Origin: an uncultured Oligoflexus sp.
Lineage (GTDB): Bacteria > Bdellovibrionota_B > Oligoflexia > Oligoflexales > Oligoflexaceae
Direction of reading: 5' to 3'
Assembly (NCBI GenBank): GCA_964236955.1
Contig: CAXSGP010000032.1
Span: 1 to 46,376, forward strand
DNA: 46,376 nucleotides
The translations under genes and the position numbers were made by a program. The notes beneath the pieces were generated by a model. The model was not told the DNA's origin. It searched no databases and saw nothing but the letters and a program-made list of their open reading frames with translations. Shown here one piece after another: positions 38,742 to 46,376 of the stretch (its first letter is position 1; each line of letters starts with the position of its first letter).

Positions 38742-39383
38742 ATGTACATCAGTTTGAAGTCGTCTCTCTTGGTTCTTGGTCTTTCCTCTCTAGTCGGCAG
38801 CTTCTCCCTGAAAGCAGCCGATCGGGGGACTCAGGTGTTCAAACTTTGTAGTTACTGTCACGGTGACCATGGTGAAGGGAGCCCGACTCTCGGAGCCCCT
38901 CACATTGCGGGTTTGCCGGAATGGTATATAAAGCGCCAACTCTTGAATTTCCGATCGGGTGCCCGGGGTGCTCATCCAAAGGACGCTGCAGGAATGCGGA
39001 TGTACCCTATGGCGAGAACTCTCAATGGTGAAGCGGATGTCGATGCTGTGGTAAAAGTCGTTGCAGCAATGCCTCATGTTAGTCCTGACGACACTGTTAA
39101 GGGTCACGTGATTAAAGGTCAAAACACCTTTAAGGTCTGTGCAACCTGTCATGGTGTGAAGGGCGAAGGGAATGCCACGCTCAATGCTCCGCCCCTGGTG
39201 GGAGCAAGTGACTGGTACCTTCTCAAACAGTTGCAGAACTTCAAGCACAAAGTCCGTGCCTTCGATCCTGCCCGGGATCCGACCGGAGCCAGCATGGCCC
39301 CGATGGCAGCTGGATTAAGTGATGAAGACATGCTCAATGTCGTCAGCTACATCAACACGTTCAAAGCTGTAATAGCGCAATAG
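38742..39383 (+). CDS. Diheme cytochrome c (c4/c553-like)
   Basis: Signal peptide; CSYCH and CATCH; repeated P.(I/L).G...WY...QL.NF and distal Met. Confidence 0.93.
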   Translation: MYISLKSSLLVLGLSSLVGSFSLKAADRGTQVFKLCSYCHGDHGEGSPTLGAPHIAGLPEWYIKRQLLNFRSGARGAHPKDAAGMRMYPMARTLNGEADVDAVVKVVAAMPHVSPDDTVKGHVIKGQNTFKVCATCHGVKGEGNATLNAPPLVGASDWYLLKQLQNFKHKVRAFDPARDPTGASMAPMAAGLSDEDMLNVVSYINTFKAVIAQ

Positions 39384-39396
39384 GGGCGAGGTATTT

Positions 39397-39501
39397 GTGA
39401 AAAAGCCGGATGAAGCGGATCAGCTCGCGAAGAAAGCAATTTTTGTTATCCTGGCCGGCGTGCTCGCATACGCGGCGGCAGTGTTAATTTTGGCTCGCTA
39501 A
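39397..39501 (+). CDS. Small single-TM protein, 34 aa (MKKPDEADQLAKKAIFVILAGVLAYAAAVLILAR); not in the ORF track
   Basis: GTG start after GAGGT; fills the gap between cytochrome c and subunit II; one clear hydrophobic helix. Confidence 0.7.
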   Translation: MKKPDEADQLAKKAIFVILAGVLAYAAAVLILAR

Positions 39502-39522
39502 ACGGGGAGACGGGAAAATCTT

Positions 39523-40206
39523 ATGATCGAATTATTACGGCAAAGCGGCTCCAGTTTTGCAAGTGATATCAATAACCTCATTTTACTGATCACAGTACTT
39601 TCAGGTTTTTGGTTGATTGTTGCTGAAGTTGTATTGTTTTGGTTAGTTTGGAAATTCCGGAAGAAATCGGGCGTCAAGGCTCAATATATTACGGGTGAAC
39701 GCAAGGAGGAGATGAAGTGGATCCACTGGCCTCACAACATCATTCTGGTCTGTGACCTCCTCATTATCGTTTTCGCCATTAAAGTTTGGTATAAGGTCAA
39801 GCAGGATCTGCCGCCTGCCCAGTCGACGATACGCGTGATTGGTCAGCAATGGGCCTGGCGTTACGTAATGCCTGGTGCCGATAATATTCTTGGTACCAAA
39901 GACGATATAGAAACGGTCGACGAACTTCACGTTAAGGTGGATACCGTCTATCACTTTAAGCTCGAAAGCGTCGACGTTCTCCACGATTTCTCGGTTCCAC
40001 AATTCCGTCTGAAACAAGATGCTCTGCCCGGACGCATTGTGACCGGTTGGTTTAAACCGACCAAGGTCGGCGCCTTCGATATCCAATGTGCAGAGATGTG
40101 TGGTATCGGACATGGAATAATGATGAGCAAGCTTTTCGTGGAGTCGGCCGAGGATTATGACAAATGGGTTGCCAGCCATACTCCGGCTGCCGCCGCCAGT
40201 CACTAA
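39523..40206 (+). CDS. coxB: Heme-copper oxidase subunit II (CuA)
   Basis: Two TMs, GQQWAW, DVLH, KQDALPGR, CAEMCGIGH..M CuA ligands. Confidence 0.95.
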   Translation: MIELLRQSGSSFASDINNLILLITVLSGFWLIVAEVVLFWLVWKFRKKSGVKAQYITGERKEEMKWIHWPHNIILVCDLLIIVFAIKVWYKVKQDLPPAQSTIRVIGQQWAWRYVMPGADNILGTKDDIETVDELHVKVDTVYHFKLESVDVLHDFSVPQFRLKQDALPGRIVTGWFKPTKVGAFDIQCAEMCGIGHGIMMSKLFVESAEDYDKWVASHTPAAAASH

Positions 40207-40315
40207 TCGGCGCCGCTCGAAGCACGAGGACCAGTCAGTAAGTAGCCACGATTAATTAGGTGTATATATGGCCACGACACACGCATAACATCACGATCAT
40301 CATGATCATCACGAG

Positions 40316-41968
40316 ATGAGCTTTTGGGAAAAGTATATTTTCCCACTCGATCACAAAGTTATCGGGATGCAGTACCTGTTCACAGGTATCCTCATGGGCG
40401 TCCTCGGTGCGTTTTTCTCCTATGTTTTCCGTATGCAGCTTGCCTTTCCCGGCATAGATGTTCCTCTTTTCGGGCTGGTGACCTCAGCGCAGTACAACGC
40501 GCTGATCACCAACTATGGTACGATTATGATCTTTTGGTTTGCGATGCCCATCCTGGTCGCCGCATTTGGAAACTTTCTCATTCCGCTCATGATTGGCGCG
40601 GACGATATGGTTTTTCCCAAGGTCAACCGTCTCTCCTATCAGATTTTTCTTCTCTCTGTGGTGGTTCTGATCGCCAGCTTCTTCGTCCATAACGGTGGCT
40701 TCGGTGGTGCCTGGACAGCTTATCCCCCTCTTTCTGCCAAGGCCGAGTATAACTTGACTCCATGGGGTTCCATCCTTTGGTTGGTCGCTGTTGTCCTTGA
40801 ATTCGTCGCTTTCCTTCTCGGCGGTATCAACTTCATCACGACCTTGATGAACTCTCGTGCCAAGGGCATGAAAATGATGGATATCCCGATGGTCTGCTGG
40901 ATGATCGTGCTGGCCAGTATCCTTTTCATGGCTTCGGCGGGTCCGCTGATCGCGGGCGCGGCGATGCTTCTTTTCGATCAGACGATTGGTACAGGTTTTT
41001 TTGATCCGGCCCGTGGTGGCGACCCCATCCTCTGGCAACATTTGTTCTGGTTTTTTGGTCACCCGGAAGTTTATGTCGTTTTCCTCCCGGCTATGGGCAT
41101 CGTGGCAGAAGTCATCACGGTGTTTTCGCGCAAGAAACTCTTCGCTTACAAGGTTGTGCTCTTCACGACTTTCGCAACCGGGATATTGAGCTTCTTCGTC
41201 TGGGCTCACCATCAGTTCATCGCTGGTATCGATCCTCGGCTGGCTAACATCTTCACCGTCACCACGCTGCTCATCTCCATTCCTATCGCGGAGATGCTCT
41301 TCGTTTATATCGCCACCCTCTATGGTGGTGCGATTGAACTGACGACGGCGATGCTCTTTGCCCTTGGCTTCCTCGCGACCTTCCTTATCGGTGGTGTTAC
41401 GGGTGTGTTCCTGGGTGCCTCAGGCGCTGATATCTATTTCCACGATACATATTTCGTGCTTGCTCACTTCCACTACACCTTTGTGCCGATTGCCGTGATC
41501 GCGGTGTTTGCGGGGCTTTACTATTGGTTCCCAAAAATGTTCGGTCGCTTCATGAACGAAACCTGGGGAAAAATTCACTTTTGGGGAACCATGGTCGGCT
41601 TCAATGGTGTCTTTATGCCATTGTTCTTTACGGGTGCCGCTGGGGACCATAGGCGGATCTTCGACTATTCGAATTTCCCTGAGCTTGCGGTGAGTTCGCT
41701 CCAGCATCTGCGTATCATGGCGACGGTGAGCGTTGTCATCACGATCCTGTTCCAATTCATTTTCTTCTGGAACTTCATCTATTCGATGTTCCGTGGACGC
41801 AAATGCACCGAGAACAATCCCTGGAAAGCCAACACCCTGGAATGGGTTGCCGCCTGTCCTCCGCCGCATGGAAACTTCCCCGTTATGCCTGAAGTTTACC
41901 GCGGACCTTATGAATATAGTGTACCTGGTCGTGAACTGGATTATTGGCCACAAAACGAAAAAGTTTAA
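40316..41968 (+). CDS. coxA: Heme-copper oxidase subunit I, A-family-like and divergent; natural start probably 40268 with an in-frame TAA at 40286
   Basis: DHK.IG, WFFGHPEVY, WAHH, HDTYFVLAHFHY, RR; helix II reads TNYG instead of TxHG. Confidence 0.92.
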   Translation: MSFWEKYIFPLDHKVIGMQYLFTGILMGVLGAFFSYVFRMQLAFPGIDVPLFGLVTSAQYNALITNYGTIMIFWFAMPILVAAFGNFLIPLMIGADDMVFPKVNRLSYQIFLLSVVVLIASFFVHNGGFGGAWTAYPPLSAKAEYNLTPWGSILWLVAVVLEFVAFLLGGINFITTLMNSRAKGMKMMDIPMVCWMIVLASILFMASAGPLIAGAAMLLFDQTIGTGFFDPARGGDPILWQHLFWFFGHPEVYVVFLPAMGIVAEVITVFSRKKLFAYKVVLFTTFATGILSFFVWAHHQFIAGIDPRLANIFTVTTLLISIPIAEMLFVYIATLYGGAIELTTAMLFALGFLATFLIGGVTGVFLGASGADIYFHDTYFVLAHFHYTFVPIAVIAVFAGLYYWFPKMFGRFMNETWGKIHFWGTMVGFNGVFMPLFFTGAAGDHRRIFDYSNFPELAVSSLQHLRIMATVSVVITILFQFIFFWNFIYSMFRGRKCTENNPWKANTLEWVAACPPPHGNFPVMPEVYRGPYEYSVPGRELDYWPQNEKV

Positions 41969-41977
41969 TCAAGGAAG

Positions 41978-42562
41978 ATGTCCGTGGGAACAACAACTCC
42001 GATCGCAACGACTCGTAGCGTAACAGGAATGCCGACCGGTCGCCTGGCAGTGTGGTGGGTCATCGGCTCAGAGATCGTCATCTTTGGCGGCTTGCTGATG
42101 TGTTACCTGATGCTTCGACTTAAATTCCCGCACTGGGCTTTGAACTCGTCGCACACCAATACCTTTGCCGGCGGCTTGAACACTTTTGTGCTGCTGACCT
42201 CAAGTTTGTTTATCGTCTTGGCCCATTATTATGCTGAGAGAAAAGAAGAGCTGAAGGCCTTCGGTCTGATCTGGGCCACTATTTTTGGTGGACTTACTTT
42301 TCTTGTCATCAAAGCAATTGAATGGACAACAGAAATCACTAACGGTTTCACGATTACTTCATCGCTGTTCTGGTCCTTCTACTATACCGCGGCGGGCCTT
42401 CACGCTCTGCACGTTATAGCTGGTATGATCTTAATGGGCTGGATTTCTATCGATGTCCTTCAGAAGAAGAACATGCACCGGGTGGAGCTCATAGGGATCT
42501 ACTGGCACTTTGTTGACATCGTGTGGATTTTTCTTTTTCCATTGCTTTACATCGCCAAGTGA
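41978..42562 (+). CDS. coxC: Heme-copper oxidase subunit III (short form)
   Basis: SEIVIFGG, NTFVLLTSS, GLHALHV, YWHFVDIVWIFLF. Confidence 0.92.
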   Translation: MSVGTTTPIATTRSVTGMPTGRLAVWWVIGSEIVIFGGLLMCYLMLRLKFPHWALNSSHTNTFAGGLNTFVLLTSSLFIVLAHYYAERKEELKAFGLIWATIFGGLTFLVIKAIEWTTEITNGFTITSSLFWSFYYTAAGLHALHVIAGMILMGWISIDVLQKKNMHRVELIGIYWHFVDIVWIFLFPLLYIAK

Positions 42563-42595
42563 TACCAAAGCTGAGCCTTAGGAGGATAAGTTAAA

Positions 42596-42985
42596 ATGGC
42601 AGAACATGTCGATCATGCGCATGATGAACACAAAGACAGTGATGGTCATGGACCGAAGTTCTATATAAAGATCTGGGCTATTTTGCTGGTGCTTTTTGTC
42701 ATCAGCGTGCTTGGACCTGAGTTTGGGCATCGTACGGTGACCTTGGTTACGGCCTTCGGTATCGCTATTGTGAAGGCTTACATGGTGGCTGTAAATTTTA
42801 TGCACATTAAGCACGAAAAAAAGTATATACCGTACATCATGTTTGCGATGCTTGGGATGGTGTTTCTGTTTTACATGGCGGTTGGAACTGATGTGGAAAA
42901 AACCTCAGGAACCAACTGGCAAAACACTTCTGCCAAGCAAATCATTGAAGACAATAAAGATTTCGAACATCACATGGAGCACTGA
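42596..42985 (+). CDS. Cytochrome c oxidase subunit IV family protein
   Basis: His-rich N-terminus, YIKIW..L, A.VKAYMV..NFMHIK.E. Confidence 0.88.
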   Translation: MAEHVDHAHDEHKDSDGHGPKFYIKIWAILLVLFVISVLGPEFGHRTVTLVTAFGIAIVKAYMVAVNFMHIKHEKKYIPYIMFAMLGMVFLFYMAVGTDVEKTSGTNWQNTSAKQIIEDNKDFEHHMEH

Positions 42986-43024
42986 AAAGACTCCACGATG
43001 TGAGTCTAAAAGGAGTTACATGCT

Positions 43025-43603
43025 ATGGCTATGATGGAAGCTGCTTCAGTAGGAACGCTTCGTCACAGCAAGAAAGGAATACCCAGCCCTGTGCTGGGTA
43101 TACTTATTTTTGTTGTTGGTGAATTGATGTTTTTCTCTGCTCTGGTGAGCACCCGTATCGTCATTAAGGCGAGTGCTGGGATTTTTGCTCCCCCCAAAGA
43201 CGTCAGCTTGCCTGTGCTCACCACAGGTTTCAATACCGCAGTCCTGTTGCTCAGCGGAATTTTAATGATTGCAGCGGGTTGGAAACAGGGAAGCGAACGC
43301 AGCAAATCGCTCTTTGCCCTTGCCATTGCAACGGGTGTTTTCTTTCTTGGCGTCCAGGGCTATGAATGGCTCAATCTCATCTCGTATGGGATGACCATGA
43401 CGTCCGGTGTCTTTGGCGCTACGTTTTATCTTTTGATCGGCTTTCATGCTTTACATGTGACTGCAGCGGTTTTGACGATGATGTGGTTCTATCGCCTCTA
43501 CTTAAAGAATCAATTCGGCAAGGATGGAATGCTGGCGCTGCAGATCTACTGGAGTTTTGTCGTTCTTGTCTGGCCGGTTCTTTATAGTCTTATTTATTTT
43601 TGA
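43025..43603 (+). CDS. Second subunit III-like protein
   Basis: ELMFFSAL, NTAVLLLSG, QGYEW, GFHALHV, YWSFVVLVW. Confidence 0.88.
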   Translation: MAMMEAASVGTLRHSKKGIPSPVLGILIFVVGELMFFSALVSTRIVIKASAGIFAPPKDVSLPVLTTGFNTAVLLLSGILMIAAGWKQGSERSKSLFALAIATGVFFLGVQGYEWLNLISYGMTMTSGVFGATFYLLIGFHALHVTAAVLTMMWFYRLYLKNQFGKDGMLALQIYWSFVVLVWPVLYSLIYF

Positions 43604-43621
43604 GACCTATTGGGAGATATT

Positions 43622-43831
43622 ATGAACAGACTGCGGGCCGCTCTAGGCTTTCTCTTAATGTTTATGTCCCATCGTTTATGGGCCTGTGCCGCTTGCGGGG
43701 CAGGTATCAATGATCCGACGCGCGATGCCTATACGGGTTCGACAGCTTTTCTGTCGGTTGTGCCCCTGGTTGCTATGGGCGGCGTGGTTTACACAGTTTA
43801 CCGATATGTGAAGCGCGCTGATGAAGAATAA
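43622..43831 (+). CDS. Small membrane-anchored protein with CAAC immediately after the signal peptide
   Basis: GGGAG RBS; signal peptide ending LWA, then CAAC, then a C-terminal TM; overlaps the next gene. Confidence 0.75.
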   Translation: MNRLRAALGFLLMFMSHRLWACAACGAGINDPTRDAYTGSTAFLSVVPLVAMGGVVYTVYRYVKRADEE

Positions 43832-44396
43832 AGGGACGCTCTTTCTCATAGTGGGGCTTTTGGCTTTTTTAACTGCGGCGTTCGCGCTTATCAACAGTTA
43901 TTCAAAGACTCATGATGCTCGACTCGGTGCCCATTATCAGCGGCGTGAGGCTGCCAAAGACTTTGATTTGGCGGTTATAGGTAAGAGTCAGTATTTGCCG
44001 ACGGCAGATGTCATGGACTTTGACAGTTTACGGCGCAAGCCTGTTCTGCTGCATTTTTGGGCTAGCTGGTGCACGGTCTGTCGTGAGGAAAAGCCTTCTT
44101 TGGATGCGTTTTGGAGCACACACAAAGACTCCGATATCGTTGTGATTGGAGTGGCCAGTTTTGATACGAAAAAGGCTATGGGTGACTCGGAATTAATCAA
44201 AATTCCGACTTATACCGTCGTTCTCGATCAGGAGGGCGACGTGGCCAATGCTTATAAAGTATCGGCATTGCCTAGCAGTTTTCTCGTGGATACCGAGGGA
44301 TTTATCGTTCAAAAATTTATGGGCCCGCTCCAGCCCTATGACTATACGGCGATAGAAAATTATCTCGATTCGCTTAAGAGTTCCAAGGCGCATTGA
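43821..44396 (+). CDS. TlpA/ResA-like thioredoxin
   Basis: N-terminal TM; FWASWCTVCREE; YKVSALP..FLVD.EG. Confidence 0.9.
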   Translation: MKNKGTLFLIVGLLAFLTAAFALINSYSKTHDARLGAHYQRREAAKDFDLAVIGKSQYLPTADVMDFDSLRRKPVLLHFWASWCTVCREEKPSLDAFWSTHKDSDIVVIGVASFDTKKAMGDSELIKIPTYTVVLDQEGDVANAYKVSALPSSFLVDTEGFIVQKFMGPLQPYDYTAIENYLDSLKSSKAH

Positions 44397-44439
44397 GTTC
44401 ATTTTTAAGGCCGGTCTAGCCTATTATGAGAGGTTTTCC

Positions 44440-45123
44440 GTGACTCCATCCTCAGTGGCGATCAAGCCTAAGACATACTCCCTTAAATCCATTGCCTGCG
44501 CTCTTGTTATCACTATGACGGCGACTGCTGTCTATATGCTGGTTATTATCCGCAACGTCCCCAAGACTGTCAGCAACTCCAAGGCAGGTATTTTTGCTGA
44601 GTTGGTTGATCAACTTCTCGAAATTAACGAGAAGGGCGCGGGATTGCTTCCAACCGCTGATTATGCGGTCGTCAATGCGGCTTTAAAACAAAAGTTTCGG
44701 GAAAGCCCCTGGTCCTTAAGAGCTTCCAAAACCTGGCAACTTGATGCCTGGGCGGATAGCTCGATCCATGACCGTCCGTTATTGCTTGCGCATTATCACG
44801 ATGCTGAGAATCATAAACTCCTGCTTGGAATCATCCCAATCTCGAAGCGCAACTTTCCCCGTTCGGGTGGGTTTAGTCACAAGGATGCCTGGTTTATGAC
44901 CTTTGGCAAGGACTACACCAAGACACAGGCCGATGCTGCTTTTCCAGAGAAACAGGTGGCAAGTCATTTAGATGAAGTTATGAAGCTGGAGGCGAGGGGG
45001 CTTAATCTCGTCGCAACCAACTACGGCAATGACTTCTTTATCTTGATGCTGAGTTCTGTTGATTCCAAGGATTTGGGTGCGCAGCTTTTTGAGATGAGCA
45101 GTATTTTCGAGACGGCTCCCTAA
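44440..45123 (+). CDS. Membrane-anchored hypothetical protein, weakly anti-sigma-factor periplasmic-domain-like
   Basis: GTG start after GAGAGG; TM near the N-terminus; pattern resemblance only. Confidence 0.55.
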   Translation: MTPSSVAIKPKTYSLKSIACALVITMTATAVYMLVIIRNVPKTVSNSKAGIFAELVDQLLEINEKGAGLLPTADYAVVNAALKQKFRESPWSLRASKTWQLDAWADSSIHDRPLLLAHYHDAENHKLLLGIIPISKRNFPRSGGFSHKDAWFMTFGKDYTKTQADAAFPEKQVASHLDEVMKLEARGLNLVATNYGNDFFILMLSSVDSKDLGAQLFEMSSIFETAP

Positions 45124-45154
45124 TACTTTCTCTCCATTGAATGTGGGATTAAAG

Positions 45155-45553
45155 ATGGCCGCCATCAAGCAGGTTATATTAATTCGAAAAGATTTGAAGA
45201 TGCGACGCGGCAAGGAAATAGCGCAGGGCTCACACGCCTCTATGGAATTTTTGGTAGCGCCTTTACGCCAGCAGCTGAAGGAGTCGACGGATCATCCGTG
45301 CACGCTGGAGATTTCTGAGCTTGAGAAGGCCTGGATTGTTGTCGGCATGGCGAAGATTTGTTTGCAGGTAGGGGGAGAAGAGGAGCTGTTGCACTTTTAT
45401 CAGAAGGCCCTTAGCGAAGGATTAAAGAGTCATTTGATAAGAGATAGTGGACGCACTGAGTTTGGTGGTGTTCCGACTTTTACTGCCTGTGCGATTGGAC
45501 CTGATTTTAGCGAGAAAATCGACGATATTACCGGTGGTCTTGTGCTGTATTAA
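45155..45553 (+). CDS. Peptidyl-tRNA hydrolase Pth2 (archaeal/eukaryotic type)
   Basis: KQVILIRKDLKMRRGKEIAQGSHAS, KICLQV, DSGRTEF, T.CAIGP, IDDITG.L.LY. Confidence 0.92.
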   Translation: MAAIKQVILIRKDLKMRRGKEIAQGSHASMEFLVAPLRQQLKESTDHPCTLEISELEKAWIVVGMAKICLQVGGEEELLHFYQKALSEGLKSHLIRDSGRTEFGGVPTFTACAIGPDFSEKIDDITGGLVLY

Positions 45554-45606
45554 GATCTTGCGATGTCGTTTCTGTAAAGTTTTTCTTCAGAGTTTCTTAT
45601 GAGTTA

Positions 45607-45636
45607 TTGACAGAAATCGCTGGGTACCTTACAAAT
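45607..45636 (+). promoter_or_regulatory. Candidate sigma70 promoter of the left tRNA-Asp
   Basis: TTGACA-17 bp-TACAAA(T). Confidence 0.55.
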
Positions 45637-45648
45637 TGGAAATCGAGC

Positions 45649-45725
45649 GGGGGTGTAGTTAAGTTGGTTATAACGCCAGCCTGTCACGCTGGAGGCCGCG
45701 GGTTCGAGTCCCGTCGCTCCCGCCA
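45649..45725 (+). tRNA. tRNA-Asp (GTC)
   Basis: 77-nt cloverleaf; anticodon arm CCAGC-CTGTCAC-GCTGG; GGTTCGAGTCC T-arm; G73 and encoded CCA. Confidence 0.97.
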
Positions 45726-45740
45726 TTCTTTTTAAGATTG

Positions 45741-45775
45741 AAAAATCCTTGATCTCCGGATCTGGGATTTTTTTT
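45741..45775 (+). terminator. Intrinsic terminator of the left tRNA-Asp
   Basis: AATCC-TT-GATC-TCCG-GATC-TG-GGATT hairpin followed by a T-run. Confidence 0.75.
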
Positions 45776-46008
45776 ATTGTTGAATGGAATCCCGTAGACG
45801 CCCATTTGAAGGTCATCGATCTGATGATGGACGCGAGAGCGTTTGATGGATCGAAATCATTAAGGGCCTAAATTAGATTTTCTGCTGAGCTTGAAAGAGC
45901 CGATCCCATTCTCTCTCGAGCGAGCGGCCAAGGCCAGGAGCTTACCAAAGCCATACAATAAAAAAATCCCAGATCCGGAGATCAAGGATTTTATAATCTT
46001 AAAAAGAA

Positions 46009-46085
46009 TGGCGGGAGCGACGGGACTCGAACCCGCGGCCTCCAGCGTGACAGGCTGGCGTTATAACCAACTTAACTACACCCCC
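46009..46085 (-). tRNA. tRNA-Asp (GTC), second identical copy
   Basis: Exact reverse complement of 45649-45725; own candidate promoter TGGACA-17 bp-TATAAC on the minus strand. Confidence 0.97.
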
Positions 46086-46376
46086 GCTGAGAGCCCAGTT
46101 ATAGGGGTTCCATCATTTCTTGTCCATATTTTTTTTAAAAGAATACTAAGTTTGTGAAAATCTAACATCAACGCCAATTTTGCCTGGCATGCCATGACTC
46201 TGGAGATTTTATACCTGCCCTACGGGCCTATTTTATTGGCCCGGGTCTCAACGGAAACGATGAGTGCACTTTTTCAAATTTGAATATTCATCCCGAATGA
46301 AAAGGGCAGGGGCCTTAGAAAGCTTAGGGGCTGTTGACGTTTGGCTACGCCAACGTCGAACATCCCCAGTAACGCA

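Larger units (their letters stand above)
45646..46088. repeat. Inverted duplication: arms 45646-45780 and 45955-46088, 174-bp spacer
   Basis: Arms are reverse complements apart from a 2-nt substitution and a 1-nt difference in the T-run. Confidence 0.95.

Noticed and set aside
40484..41953. Long antisense ORFs (242 and 177 aa) inside oxidase subunit I
   Set aside because: Shadow frames of a conserved hydrophobic gene, with no independent support.
45646..46088. tRNA duplication as attL/attR of an integrated element
   Set aside because: The repeats are inverted, both tRNAs are complete with promoters, and no integrase is in the window.
45604..46157. ORFs 45604-45816 (-) and 45891-46157 (+) sharing a peptide
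   Set aside because: They are antisense translations of the duplicated tRNA arms.

Overview
A gene-dense chromosomal window with no CRISPR array, integrase, transposase or prophage genes. The lipoprotein repertoire, a MYXO-CTERM-like sorting tail and an S1 paralogue suggest a deltaproteobacterial-type host, probably Bdellovibrionota/Oligoflexia; this is inference only. Contents: (1) mixed housekeeping and metabolic genes (exoD, yciH, yhbY, Kef antiporter, hisS, lspA, aminotransferase, dedA, amt, azurin, DJ-1, apt, S1 protein, hmgA, murE, dCMP deaminase, maiA, dsbD, rplX, Pth2); (2) a subtilase-moxR-batC/D/E run with no VWA partners, followed by an Slt; (3) a heme-copper oxidase operon; (4) two identical convergent tRNA-Asp genes in a ~135-bp inverted duplication. 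Strongest oddities: oxidase subunit I has an in-frame TAA in its His-rich N-terminus, a Tyr in place of a low-spin-heme His ligand, and no K-channel Lys. The operon also encodes an unannotated 34-aa membrane protein and a small CxxC protein paired with a TlpA. An AT-rich intergenic region carries DnaA boxes and an NrdR-like box but has no dnaA or nrd gene nearby. There is also a candidate ~160-nt rod-like RNA, an apparently catalytically dead alpha/beta hydrolase, and rplX and murE outside their normal operons.
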